Under the pieces are notes generated by a model, which worked only from the letters and a program-made list of their open reading frames with translations, ran no database searches and was not told the DNA's origin. Shown here piece after piece: positions 39,338 to 53,423 of a DNA stretch of 64,000 nucleotides (position 1 is the stretch's first letter; each line of letters opens with the position of its first letter). Position numbers and translations under genes: made by a program. Source of the DNA: Malacoraja senta (lineage: Eukaryota); NCBI GenBank assembly GCA_038087875.1, contig CM075990.1, positions 8,062,001-8,126,000 of the forward strand, in the 5' to 3' direction.

Positions 39338-39640
39338 GGGAAGCACGGCAATGCAGCGGTAGAGTTGCTGCCTTACTGCGCCGGACACCCTGGTTCGATC
39401 ATGACTATGGGTGCTGTCTACAGAGTTTGTACTTCCTCCCTGTGACCACATGGGTGTTGTCCGGGTGCTTCGGTTTCCTCCCAAACTCCAAAGATGTGCA
39501 GGTTTGTAGATTAATTGGCCTCTGTAAAAACTGTCCCTAGAGAGTGCAGGATTGTGCTAGTGTACCAGGGGTAATCGCTGGTCGGCGCAGACTCGGTGGG
39601 CCGAAGGGCCTGTCTCAGCGCTGTATCTCTAAACTAAACT
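39338..39640 (+). mobile_element. HE1/V-SINE-type SINE, followed by a duplicated 3' end to ~39715
   Basis: Pol III boxes, body and (TAAAC)n tail. Confidence 0.85.
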
Positions 39641-40524
39641 ATCGATTCCATGATGGTTGGTGTGGACTCGGTGTGCTGAAGGGTCTGTTTCCATGCTACA
39701 CTTCTGAACTAAACTACACGACGATGAAGGAGATGGCATCCTTCAGATGGAACACCAAGCTGTTCTTTCCAAGCCAATGGAGTGATTCCATCTAGCAGTT
39801 TGCAAAAGAACAGAGAGTTCTGATGGAAAGCCAGCAACACCCCTGAAGCTAAAGCAGATTAATTGCTCCTTTATCTCACTGCCATTTCTGGGACCTTGAT
39901 GTGGAAATTATATCTTAATGTTTACCTAAAAATGGACTCTATTTCAACATAGCCAATCTGCAAGTTTGGTTAGAGATACAGAAAAAATATTATTGTAAAT
40001 GCCAATGTTATTTTTGGCTGTTTTTAAGACTACCTTGGCCTGAATCACTTGTGGTATTACCTTCTTTGAATAAAAATAGATTTTGCTCTTTAGACCAACT
40101 GTATCAATTAGTTAAAAGATTTGTATACATGTAGGTAATTCTTTCTTTAATGTAATGGGAGAAATTTAGGCAGTGGCAGCACAATCAATCTGGCGGCACT
40201 GTGCTACGGTGCTGCCAGATTTATTGTGGAGTATATTTATTCTGAACAGGCAGGTCAACAACTACTTGGTAACATCAGCTCCTGGCTTAGTATCAAATTG
40301 GGAAATCCTCATGTCATGCACGGAAATATCCTTTTATTTTCTTAGCTCCTGGAATTTTTTACAGCGATGAAGAGAAACGTTTAGTTCTCTATACTGAGTC
40401 CTTGTAGAATATTTCGAGCCAGTTTTATGTCCCCTGTTCTTTATATGTTTGATTTCCCTTCAAATGTATATCCTATTCTAAGGTCCTGCCTAATTTGCAA
40501 TAATGCAGCATCAGGCCTCTACAT

Positions 40525-40971
40525 TGTCAAGTGTCAAGAATGTTTCATTGTCAAATGCATCAGGAAGGATACAATGACATTCTCACTTGCTGCATCTTTA
40601 CAGGCACATTAATACAACAACACAACATATAAATAAACAATAATACACTAATGTATCAGTAATACTATGTAACCAGACCAGAATGGAACAAGTCAAAGTA
40701 CATAGTGCTCCAAGGTCAACAGTGGATCATTGCTGAGGTAGGGTTGTATTTGGGGTTATTCAATGTGATTCAAGAGCCCAGTAGTTGATGGGAATAAGCT
40801 GTTATTGAACCTAGAGGTCACGGTTCTCAGGCTCCTGTACCACCTTCCCGATGGTAGCAGTGAGATGAGATCGTGGCAAGGGGGATGTGGGTCTTTGATG
40901 ATATTAGCTGCCTTTTGGAGGCAGCGCTTTCCGTAGATTTCTTTACTGGTGGGAATTGTCCTAAGCAGCCC
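40525..40971 (-). mobile_element. Rex1/Babar-like LINE 3' fragment
   Basis: ORF 40756..40974: KAANIIKDPHPPCHDLISLLPSGRWYRSLRTVTSRFNNSLFP. Related remnants lie at ~9540-9850 and ~41830-42355. Confidence 0.7.
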
Positions 40972-40984
40972 CATTCATTTCTTG

Positions 40985-41192
40985 AAGATAGACACAAAAA
41001 GCTGGTGTAACCCAGCGTGTCAGACAGCATCTCTGGAGAAAAGGAACACGTGACGTTTCCGGTCCGATGAAGGGTCTCGACCCGAAACGTCACCTATTCC
41101 TTCTCTCCAGAGATGCTGTCTGACCCGCTGAGTTACTCCTGCTTTTTGCGTCTATCTTTGTTTTAAACCAGCATCTGCAGTTCCTTCCTACA
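40985..41192. mobile_element. Inverted two-part Penelope pLTR cassette with 13-bp TSD
   Basis: A minus-strand partial copy is joined to a plus-strand copy. CATTCATTTCTTG occurs at 40972-40984 and 41193-41205. Confidence 0.85.
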
Positions 41193-43023
41193 CATTCATT
41201 TCTTGGCTTAGACAAGACTTTAGCCGGTGGGATTTGTATTTCCCATAACTTCAAGCAATGCATTCCAGATATGATGATCCACTGTAAGGAGCATCGTCTC
41301 GTCAACCCTGGATCTTTTGTCAATCACTTTAAATCTGTATCCTCCAGACCTGGACTGATGGGAACTGCTTTTCACCATTTAGCTTTCCCCAAGCCATTTA
41401 TGATCCTGCACACCTCTATTAAATCTCCTTTCAACCTTGTCTACCCTGAAAAGAACCTCCACAGCTTTTCCAATCCATCCATAATCTGAAAACCTTCATT
41501 CCAGGAACAGTTCCAGTGAACCTTCTCTGCACCCTCTCCAATGCTTTCATATCTTCATAAGGATTGGACAAGAAGAATTGAAAGCAGGAGTTGGCACCCA
41601 TCCCCTCGTGCTCCACTGTTCATCAAGATAATTGCTGATCTTTTACCTCAGCTCCATTTACCTGCACTATCTTCCTATTCCTTGATCCCTTCAATAGCCC
41701 GAATGAACCCTTTAAATGAATGCAGTCTAATAATTGACAGTCTTTTGGCACAGAAAATACCAAATGTTCACCATCCTCTAAGTAGAGGAAGGTGTAGGTT
41801 GATATGTCTGTGTTTTTTTCCTGCCTACTAAGGTAGAGTAAAAAGCTTTGTTTTGGAAACTAGCCAAGCAAATCGGATGATACTATACACACATACTATC
41901 AAGTCCCAAAACGCCACCAATTCCTTTTCTCCAGAGATGCTGTCTGACCCGCTGATTTGTTCCAGCTTTTTGTGCCCAGCTACAACCAAGCACTGAAATA
42001 CAATGTCCAGCAAATGGGTAGATACACAGGGTGCAGAATATAGATCTCAGCATTGTAGCGCATTAGTTCCAGAGACTAGGTCCAAAGTCCACAATGGGGG
42101 AGGGGTGAATTAGACAGTATCCTAACTTCAGGAAGGACCGATCAGACTGTGGAGAAGAAGGAATTACTGAGATGGGACAGGTCATTGATTATGTTAGCTG
42201 CTTTTCTGAGGTAGTGTGAAGTTAATGTGAGTAAATGGCAGGGAGTCTGGTCTGTGTGATGCACTGGGCTACATTCACAACTCTCTGCAATTTCTTGCGG
42301 TCTTGGGCAGGGCTGCTCCCAAACCAAGCTGCGATGCAACCCAACAGTATGCTTTCCCCCCCCCCATCTCAGCACTAAATGACCAACCCCTGGTTCTAGA
42401 CTCCTTAAACAGGGGTAATTGCATTCAGTCTATCAAGGTATTTCACATGTGTATATGGTGCTGTGCAATCACCTTTTATTCTGCTGAACTCTGAACCTCC
42501 CAACATTTTACCAAGGGGGAGGGGTGGAGGGGGGGGGGTGGGTAGGAAGCAAGTCAAAAGTGTTTAATTGGACGTAACCAGCCTAAGGAGGTGGAGGTTT
42601 GGGGCAAGAAGTAGCAAGCGACAGTTAAATACAGGTGAGGAGGGACAGATCGGCAGATAATAGGAAGGAGGTACTGCTCCAGTGCATCAAGCGGGCGGGC
42701 CGACCGGACTTCGGGCTTTGAATAATGGCGTCAATAATGGCGGCGCCCGCATGTGTAATATATGCATATGTGACAAATAAATCGCCATTGACTAGGGGGA
42801 GGGGAAATTGTGGCGAGGCTGAGAGATTGGGTCAGCTAGACATCTCCACCTTCAGCTCCTGTCAGCCATTGGGCATGGCAGTGGCTTAAAGAGTTGTGAA
42901 AAAGATGTTTATTCTACCAATCAACCTCTCCTCACCTGTGTCCATCCATCGCTTGCTCGCTCTTGCCCCTCTCCTCCTAACCTCTTTATACATTACTTCC
43001 CCTCTTTTTTCAGTCAAGATTTA

Positions 43024-43238
43024 AGGGCCTGTCCCACTTTCACGACCTAATTCACAACCTTTTTTACTCATGGACATTTTTCATCAGGCTAGAAAAACGC
43101 CCGACCTACTTGATGCCACGAGTATCTACGACTAGCATCACGGCTTGCTACGACCTCGTGACGACCATGCTGCGAGTATGAGTCGAGGGCAAACTCGGCA
43201 GAGGTCGTGAATTAGGTCGTGAAAGTGGGACAGGCCCC
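43024..43238. mobile_element. PIF/Harbinger-type MITE
   Basis: ~36-bp TIRs GGGCCTGTCCCACTTTCACGACCTAATTCAC.ACCT and AGGTCGTGAATTAGGTCGTGAAAGTGGGACAGGCCC, flanked by TWA (tta/taa). Confidence 0.85.
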
Positions 43239-46200
43239 TAAAGGGTGTCAAGCAGAAACATTGACCATCCATTTTTTTCCACAGATACTGCCTGGCCCAC
43301 TGAGTTCCGGCAGCTCTCCCCTGTTTTTTTTTTTTTTTTGCTACGATTCCAGCGTGGGCAGTCTCTCGTCTCTCCTGTTTGCCGTTGTTCTGCTTTTGCA
43401 CCAGAGCCAATTTCTTATCCATGCTCCACTAGTTCTCTTAGTCATGGACTTCAATTTTGCTAACCAGCCTTTTATCGAATGCCTTCCAAAAGATGTACAT
43501 TCATTATTACCATTATCAATCATCTTTGTTACCTCGTCAAAAAGCCAATCAATTTATTCAAACTAGATTTGCCTTTAATAGGTCTATGTTCCTTTCAGAA
43601 TTCAGTTCTCTCATGGTGACTATTCATTTTCTTGCTGATTGTTTGTAAAAGCTGCCCCCGTCCCTGCCCTCATATTCCATGCATTGATTATCCTTTTGAT
43701 CTCCAGTCAGCCTTACTTATTTTACTTACTCGTGCCTCAATATTTCAAAGCTGGTAGATGACTTTTATGTTCCCAGTTATCTTAACAAAGTAATTTCCCA
43801 TATCCACTCTTCCCCTTAGCAGATTAATTTCTCTCCACCATCCAATTCCCCGAATTTCTAAATTCTGCCTGGTTCTCAACCCCCTTTTTCCACCCCATCC
43901 TATTCCTTATAATATTTAATCATCCTGGAAACTCTGATCTCTGTCGCACCACCTTTCCCTCCTATGGGAACGGATTGGATGATGTTACCCCATCTCCATT
44001 TTGCAAAAGATATACAATGTTCAATTACAAATTTGACCATTTTCCATGTAACCCATCAGGGCCTTTCTCCATTAAGAAACTCTATCGAGTCATTCAGCAT
44101 GGAAACAGCCCAACTAGCCCACGCCGACTAACATGCCCCATCTACACTACTCCCTCCGACCTGCATTAGGCCCATATCCTCTAAACCTGTCCTATGCATG
44201 TACTTGTCTCAGTGTTTCTTAACCGCTGCAATAGTACCTGCCTCAACTATCTCGTTCCATACACCCACCACTCTTTTGTGAGAAGAAAATGACCCCTCGG
44301 GTACCTGTTAAATATTTCCCTCCTCACCTTACTATTTAGTTTATAGGCTCTAATTTAGGTTAGAAACATAGAAAATAGGTGCAGGAGGAGGCCCTTCGAG
44401 CCAGCACCGCCATTCATTGTGATCATGGCTGATCGTCCCCAATCAAATAGAAACATAGAAAATAGATGCAGGAGGAGGCCTTGTCTGAGGAAGGCCTTTA
44501 CTTGTATCAGTCTAATCAAGCCACGAGATGTCTGTGGAATTCTCTGCCTCAGAGGGAGGTGGAGGCCGTTTCTCTGGATACTTTCAAGAAAGCTAGATTG
44601 GGCTCTTAACGATAGCGGAGTCAGTGGATATGGGGAGAAGGCAGGAACGGGGTACTGATTGGGGATGATCAGCCATGATCGCATTGAATGGCGGTGCTGG
44701 CTCAAAGGGCCAAATGGCCTACTCCTGCACCTATTGTCTATTGTCTATTGTACAGAGGTTCATTTAATGATCGGGAGAAAAGAACGTACCTTCAGTGAAT
44801 AATGCTGATGTCAAAATCTCCTTGGAGAGACCAGTGGAATGTTTCTCACTCTTTGTACATGTTATCTTTCGGGAAAAAAAAAAAAAGAGGTGATGATGGT
44901 GCTGGTTAATGTTAGACAAGAGGGCGAGATGGTGGATAACTTTGCTTCAACCTCACGAGTATTCCCATTGCACCAAGAGTGCCACTCTTACCACTGTTCT
45001 CATACCAACCACCTTCAGGGCTGTCTAGTTGAATAATGCTGGCTATTAGTGGGGAAATAGTAAGGTAGTTTGCGCTGTGGAACTACACTGACTAAAAACC
45101 AGATGAAACTCTCTAAACAGATATTTCACATTGAACCTTGACAGACATTATTCTGGGGATGGTTTCATCCCCTCTGGGTGTATCAATGTCCAACTGCTGC
45201 ATCTCAATGTCTCCACCCTACCACCAGATTTGTTTCCACTCGGATATCTTTTAACCTATTTTGAAGATTCAATAGACTATAGGTGCAGGAGTAGGCCAAT
45301 CGGCCCTGCGAGTCAGCACCGCCATTCATTGTGATCATGACTGATTCATAATAATGAAATTATTAAATTGGATGTGCATGTCATTGACCTCTGAACATAA
45401 TTATTTTAACCCCATTTTACATCTCTCCTGTGGGTAGTAAGAACACTGGAACTCAATCCACACATTAGAATGTTTAACACAGGATGCTTTGTGGGATTGT
45501 CTGGAAAAAAAGGAAGCATCTCTCTCTCAATATTCTGGTGTGGTATTTTTACATTTTCAGTGTCTTGTTGAATGAGCTATGTTGGGGAATACTGCCCCTC
45601 TTTTGTGAATTAATGCACTGTGTGAGACAACTAGATTGAGTTAGCTGGAGCTAGGAATCAAAGACAGAACAGACACAGAATAGGGAGAGTGGCTGGGACG
45701 GGGAGATTGTGGATTGTGAATAAGGGAATTAATGCTTTTAGAAACATAGAAAATAGGTGCAGGAGGAGGCCCTTTGAGCCAGCACTGCCATTCATTGATC
45801 GCCCCATCAACAAGATATCGTTTCTCTTGTAGATGGCAAAGGCATGAGAGGGGTGTAACCTAGTATGGAAATACCAAATATTAGAAGGCAGAGCTTTAAG
45901 GTGAGAGGGACAAAGTTTAAAGGAGATGTGCGCAGCAAGTTTATTTTTCCATGGAAAGTGCCTGGAATGCACTGCCAGGGGTGGTGGTTGAGGCGTTTAA
46001 GAGACTTTTGGGTCGGCACATGGATATGCAGGGAACGTGCAGGCAGTCGTCATGTTCATTAGACATTATGGGCCGAAGGGCCTGTTCCTGTGCTGTATTC
46101 TTCCATGTTCCACAGGTGTTCAGATCTGGATGTTGACGGCTGAGTTGCCACCAGATTATTGGAATGGAGTAATTGGTTTTCCATAAAGATATAAACACTG

Positions 46201-46369
46201 GAGTCCTTGTCACATGTGTCCTGGGTGGAATATTCTTAGCAGAACCCTCACCCTTCATGAATTCTGCATCTTCCTTATTCTAGAAGCATTATTTTAGTCC
46301 CTTTTTTTTAACAAGCTCTAATAGTCCTGAATCTGGATGTTTGAAGATCGGGGCATTATCTAAATAAGA

Positions 46370-46672
46370 GGCATGGGTGGCGTAGCAGCAGAACTACTGC
46401 CTTACAGCGTCAGAGACCCGGGTTCGATCCTGACCACGGGTGCTGTCGATATGAAGTTTGTACGTTCTCCCCGTGACCTGCGTGAGTTTTCTCAGAGATC
46501 TTCGGTTTCCTCCCACGCTCCAAGGATGTACAGATTTGTAGGTTAATTGGCTTGGTGTAAATATAAAATGGTGCCTAGTGTGTGTAGGGTAGGGTTAACG
46601 TGCCAAGATCGCTGGTCGGTGCGGACTCGGTGAGCCAAAGGGCCTGTTTCCGCACTGCATCTCTAAACTAAA
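46370..46672 (+). mobile_element. HE1/V-SINE-type SINE
   Basis: GGTTCGATCC B-box, body and tail. Confidence 0.88.
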
Positions 46673-47939
46673 TGGGTGATATTGCAACCCTTGCGTGTTA
46701 AACTCTGAGCTACTCTGAGCTGATGGGCCGAATGGCCTAATTCTGCTTCGACAACTTGTGAACATTTGCAAGCTATGATTGACCAGTACTTGCAACAGTG
46801 CTTGCTTTAATGAATCTGTCATCCTAGTTATAAAAAAAGATCAGTTAATGTCCATGGAATAGGTTCATAAATATGTTACAAATGATCAATTATTCTTTCT
46901 CCACGGAGTATAAATTAGATTGTCGAAATCATAAACAACGCTGAGATATTCACCTTCAGTTTTACTGTGAGTAGAAGTCTTGCGTTTGATCCTGGCATGT
47001 GCAATTTGCAGATGTTTGATGCAAAATATTGGCTGTAGAGCATGGTAAAATGAAGCCTTTCTCAATCAGCTTAGTCAGGCCATCGCCATGAATATCCCAG
47101 GTTCTTTCCCTAGTCTGCATTGAAGAAGTCATCTCAACTAAGAAAATACGGAGATAATAAGAAAATGGGAAGATAGTAATAGATTCTGTTTATTCATATC
47201 TAACGGATGTGGGTGCAGGTTGTTGGGCAGTCATTTATTGTCCTTCCCTTATAGGTGGCATCATCTTGAGCTGTTGCCCCACTCATAGTTGTCGAGTCAT
47301 ACAGTGTGGAAACAGGCCTTTTGGCCCTGTTTTCCCACACTGGCCAACACGTCCCATCTACACTAGTCCCACCTGCCAGCGTTTGGCCCATATTCATCTA
47401 AACCTGTCCTATCCATGTACCTATCTAACTGTTTTTTAAATGTTGCAATAGTCCCTGTCTCAACTGCCCCTTAGGTTTAAGGTGAAGGGGAAAAAAATTA
47501 AAAGCTGAGAGGTAACTTTTTAGCACAAAGGATAGTGGTGGTTTGGAACAAGCTGCCAGAGGAGGTATTTGAGGCTGGGACTATCCCAACATTTAAGAAG
47601 CAGTTACATGGATAGGACAAGTGTGGGGGATATGGACCAAGTGCAGGCAGGTGGGACTAGTGTAGTTGGGACATGTTGGCCGGTGTGGGCAATGTGGGCC
47701 GAAGGGCCTGTTTCCACACTGTATCACTCTATGACTCTATAAATGTTTGGGTGGTAGATGAGGCTCTTCTTTGTACTGGGTGTATTGAATTTTTGGAGAA
47801 ATACAGGAGACACGTTAATACTAAGAGCTGACAGCTACTTTCCTACAGCTGTCAGTTTCTTGAATCGACCCACACAACCCTAATCCTACCTAGGGATCAT
47901 CTAAGAGCCATCTCTTGCACTACTTTCATAAATAAGTGG

Positions 47940-48720
47940 ATCATTGGTCAGTATGTTTCCCTGTTGGCACTGTCAATACAATCTTGCATCACTTTTCTGA
48001 TCGAGAGTATACTGAAGGGGTGGAAAACAATAGGTTTGACTTTGTCCTGCTTTCCATGGACATGACACACCTGGGCAGTATTCCACATTGTCAGGTACAT
48101 GCTGGTGTTGTAACTGTACTGGAACAGCCTGGTTCGAGACGCACAGTTGTGCCGAACAATTTTGTTGTCATCTTCCACTTTCCAGCGATCTCAACCGTTC
48201 GTTTACAAGGTGAATTAATTGGCCAAAGACTTGCCATTGTGGTGTTGGGTTCTTCAAGTGGTAGAGGCGGACTTGATGGATCAGCCACTTTGTATCTCTG
48301 ACTGAAGGGGGCTGCAAATCTTTTTGCCCTTGTCTTCAGTGCCCTCTCTCTGCCCTTTGCAAGGCTGGAGATGTTCATGCAGCTTCCTTCCAAAAATTGG
48401 TTGTTGGGTCTAGTGGGTCATGTTGGTAGGACTGTTTACTGTAGGCCCTTTTTGTTCTGTCCATCTTTTGCTGATAAGCATGTGTGTGTGTGTGCACCGT
48501 CATCAGTTTTACAAATGAGTATCTCCGTTTTATGCATGCCAATTGCTTCCATAAGCATGTCCACCTCCTGTCTGTTGGTAAAGTGAGTGTTACGCCAGCC
48601 CATGAGATTACGGACTGTATTGGAGTATAACGCTGAAGATGTTGTGACTCTCACTGCATTCCTGGATAACCGTTTTTGAGATACCAAATGAGTCCTGACC
48701 CTATCCCATTTAGAACGATG
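47940..48720 (-). mobile_element. Old, heavily mutated CR1/L2-group LINE ORF2 fragment
   Basis: RLFQYSYNTSMYLTMWNTAQVCHVHGKQDK...HPFSILSIRKVM resembles the WKxAxVxPVHKKxDK..YRPISLLS region upstream of the RT core. Confidence 0.6.
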
Positions 48721-49770
48721 ATAACTCTGTACCAGTAGGTCTCTTTTATTTCTAAAGGGAAAATAACAGCAGGTAGGGAAACTACAGGCCAATTAGCTTA
48801 GTGTCTGAAATATCACTAAAGATGTTACAGCAGAGAATTATAAAAAAAATCAAGGTAATAGGCAAAGTCAACATGCTTCTGTGAAAGGCATATTGTATTT
48901 GTTTTTTTTAATGATGTGAGACATACACAGATTAGACAGATGAAAACTTTTCTCACGATAGAGGTATCAAAAACTGGAGGACATGGGTTTAGGGGATGGG
49001 GAGAGGCTTTGAGGAGATCTAATAGGAAGACATTTTTTTGTCCTGTGGTTCATCTGGTGGAGCAGCTTCCTCACTGCACCAGAGTACCAGGTTTATAGGT
49101 TTATGGAGCTCTGGAGTTTGTCTGTGTGGAGTTTGCACGTTCTCCCTATGACTGTATGGGTTTCCTTTGGGTGTTCCGGTTATCTCCCACTTTGCATAGA
49201 CGTGCAGCTTTGGTGGTGAATTGGCATGTGAAAATTGTCTGCAGTATGTAGGGAGTTGATGCAAAAGTGGACAACTTAGGACCAGTGTGAACAGGTGATC
49301 GGTGGTCAGCATGGACTCGGTGGATTGAAGCACTGTTTCATTGCTGTATCTTTCCATCCATCGATCCATTCATCGGGTGATTGGAATGTGGAACACACTG
49401 CCTCAGTAGGTGGTGGAAACCTAGATTCTCACAACATGTAGATGTATCTAGATGAACACTTCAATTGCCAAGGTGCAGAAGGTTACTGAACATGTGCAGG
49501 TGAATGAGATTTGTGGGGAAGGATGACTATGATTGGCATGGACACAGTTGGCCAAAGTGTCTGTTTCTGTGTCGTATCACTCGATGACTCTAAATTATTG
49601 ACAAGATTTGAAGAAGTAACATGTAGATACATAGAAAACAGGTGCAGGAGTAGGCCATTCGGCCCTTCGAGCCAGCACCATCATTCAACATGGTCATGGC
49701 TGATCATCCAAAATCAGTACCCTGTTCCTGCTTTCTCCCCATATCCTTTGATTCTGTTAGCCTTAAGAGC

Positions 49771-49802
<32 letters not shown>

Positions 49803-52204
49803 TATATATAGCTCTTGGGGCTAACAGAATCAAAGGAAATGGGGAGAAAGCAGGAACAGGGTACTGATTGTGAAACTACTTCCAGAAGATATTTGATAAG
49901 ATGCCACATCAATGCCTATTGCACAAAATAAAAGCTTGTAGCATAGGAGGTAGGATATGGGTGCAAATGGAAGGATGCCGACAGGAAAGTGTGAGCATAA
50001 ATGAATTGTTTTCTAGTTAGTATCATGTATGATGCGGTGTGCACAGTCATTGGTGCTGAGGCCCGAGTCGAGCCCGCAGTCTCCTGATTATGTTACTTGG
50101 GCGTATTGTAAGTAATCTCCAGACAAGTGAAACAGGTTGAAGATAGACACAAAATGCTGGAGGAACTCAACGGGTCGAGCAGCATCTCTGGAGAAAAGAA
50201 GCATCTCTGGAGAATAGGTGCTGTTTCAAGTTGGAATCCTTCTCCAGGCTGAAAGATGGAAGGATTCCAACCTGAATCGGGAGGGAAATGAGTCGAGAAA
50301 AGACCAGATAAATCGGGGCTGGCAACAGATGACCTCGGGACGGGTGGAATCTATAACGGCCCATTGTTGGCTGAGGAGAATGTGTTAATGAGAGGGATAC
50401 AAGGTTGCAAACAGTGGAACTAGCAGGACAATTGGGTGACATAAGTTGGAACATGACTGCGTTGCCAACTTTCACCAAGGAGTTATCAGGATAAAACTGG
50501 AGCTTGTACTCAACATGTTTCTGTGCTTTAATTTAATTGATGGCTTGTCTTCCAGGGAGAAACCTATAGAAGCAGCATGGAACTCGGGAACATAAATCTT
50601 AAGGATAAACACACATATATAGTTCAGATACATCAAGTCAAATCACGGAGAGAAGCTTTAACTGAGTGAGTGATGTGGCTTTACCTGTGTTTTTCTGTTC
50701 AGTAGATTAACAGTCACTCATCTAGGTATACTCGAGTATGTCTAACTAGAGTGGTACTGAAAAATGATGGGTCGTGTTGTTATAAAAGTACATGGATATT
50801 TTAACAGGCCCAGTCCTAGCTGAAATTAAATTGTTTTTAAGTATAGCGTAGGATGGGGAATATTAGGGCATTCATCTCAAAAGACTATGACAACTAGTCA
50901 ATGGGTTGGCTACAAATTGTAACTGAGTACAACTTTTCTGTGGTTCAATGCTTAAATGTTCTGAGGTCTAAATATATTCACCCAACCAATGCCCAGACAG
51001 TATCACTGGATAGAAGGAATGGGTGACTTTTTGGGTCAAGATCCTTCTTCAGACTGAGAGTCAGTGGAGAGGGAGACACAGAGATAAGGAAGGGTAAGGT
51101 GTGAAAACGAGGTGGTGAGTGTATGGAACAAGCTGCCAGAGGAGGTAGTTGAGGCAGGTACTATTGCAACGTTTAAGAAACATTTAGACAGGTACATGGA
51201 TAGGACAAGCTTGGAGGAATATGGACCAAACGCAGGCAGGTAGGACTTGTGTAGCTGGGACATGTTGGCCAGTGTGGACAAGTTGGGCCGAAGGGCCTGT
51301 TTCCACACTGTATCACTCTCTGACTCTATCAAAAGAGATGCAGATCAAGGAAGATGTAGAATATTGTTAGCTGGGAGAAGGTGACTTCCTTTTGTTGTCC
51401 AGCTAGATCTCAATTGTTTATCCCTTGAGTGGAAAGCTTGATGATATGGGGACACAAGTGACTGTGGATGCTGGAATCTCAAGGACCAAACAAATTGCTG
51501 GCAGTCCTGCCGAGATACTCCAGCACTTTGTATTTTGCTGAAGCTTGATGATCAGGTTCTTCAAAGAAGGTTTAAGGATGTTCCTGCACAGGTAATGTAA
51601 TTGCAGTACCCTATGTCCCTGTGTACCTAAAAGAGCATTAATTAGATCATCTGATATTCCAGTTGATATAGTCAGAGCACATAGCACAATGAAATGTAAC
51701 AACAAAGCATCTTCAACAGGTTTTATTTGGCAAATGCCAAAATAAAATACTCATTGCAGTTAATTTATTCTAATTGAACACGCACTGCAAAGGAATAATA
51801 CTACCTCCCCATGCAATGAAAACAAAGGCAAGATGCCTGGGGCAGGATACTGTTCTTCTTAAGCTGTCTAGGTTTGCTTGTGCCAGGAATGTATCTTTAG
51901 AGGGTCAGAGGATCTGTGGGTATAAATGTCCCCGTGGATCAGTGCTTGGATCAATAGATTTATCTTTTTTATCGTACTTTCTTCATGTATCTTTGCAAAT
52001 ATCTATCCCAAATCCAAGTAAGTCCATGGAATATGTTCACATGCATTTACACCGCAGCTGGAGGGTTTAAGACCAATGAAAGATTGGGTTCCTATTCAAA
52101 CTGTTTACCTGCTGACTGGGCTGCCTGTCACTGCCTTGGTTCCATAGTCTTCCTGCAGAGTTGTCTCTCAGAGAACAGAGACCACAACGAATGTGTGCAG
52201 CAGA

Positions 52205-52494
52205 GTGGCACAGTGGTAGAGTTGGTGCCCTAGGTAGCCAGAGACCCGGGTTCAATCCTGACTACGGGCACTGTTTGTATGGAGTTTGTACATTCTCCTG
52301 TGACCACGTGGGATTTCTCTGGGGTTTTCCGGTTTCCTCCCACATTCCAAAAACGTGCAGGTTTGTAGGTTGAATGGCTTCTGTAAATTCTCTCTACTGT
52401 GTCGGATAGAACTAATGTATGTGCGAACATTGGACTGCGTGGGCTCTGTGGGCCGAAGGGCCTGTTTCCACACTGTATCTCTGAACTAAACTAA
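52205..52494 (+). mobile_element. HE1/V-SINE-type SINE
   Basis: Pol III boxes, body and tail. Further degenerate copies lie at ~3195-3440, ~4740-5080, ~24080-24330 and ~49050-49350. Confidence 0.82.
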
Positions 52495-53423
52495 AGAGCA
52501 GGGTCCATTCATCTGTGCACTGTGATTTACATTCAAAATCATCAATCTGAAAAGTTAACTGCTCTTTTTCCTCCACAGATGCTACCTGACCTGTTGAGTG
52601 TTACCAGTGTTTTTCGGTTATATTTCAGGTTCCCAACATGTGCAGTATTTCACTTTGTGGACTAGTGTAATGTTAGAGTCGGTAAAGCATTTCTAAACCA
52701 GGTGTAGCATGACAATAAAACACACACAGTGCTGGAGTAACTTGACTGGTCAGGTAGCAAAACGGAGAACACGGATAAATGACGCTTTGGGTCGGGACCC
52801 TTCCTCACTCTGAAGGTGGAAGTGGGGAGAAAGATGGAGGGGAGGAGGGGAGGAGGGCAGGACAAAGTCTGGCAAGTGATAGGTGGATACAGATGCAGGG
52901 GGGGGGATACAGAGTAATACAAACAGCACTTTGTCTTTTTTTTGTAAACCAGCATCTGCAGTTCCTTGTGGCATTACAACAAATTAATGCTCATTCAGCA
53001 TCAGATCTCCATGGAGTGTCACTGTGATTTTCTCAGGTATTCAACTCCTAATTGTTGCCATGTTAGTATTGAATGGAAATTATTCTTCTCTTAACTAAAC
53101 TGCTTTAAATAAAGCGTGACTGATTAAAAGGGTCTCTTCCTTCAGGGATAAAAAGAACAAAGAGACCAAAGGTAGGAAAAAATAACAATGGATGAAAAAT
53201 TGGTTTAAAAAATATCCTTTTTCTTGACTTCTCCTGCCAGCAAAGTTATTGAAGATCTGAGTGATCTCTGGTAGCTCTCAACAGTTGTGCACTTTCCATG
53301 ACGACTACTTGAGGAAGTAGGTGAGAAGATTATTGTGGGCTCCAATTTTCTCCTTGGCTGCCCTTCCAGCAAAGATTATCTGGTCGCAGGTACTCTGAAT
53401 TCCATTTGTCTGTAGCAGCTCTT

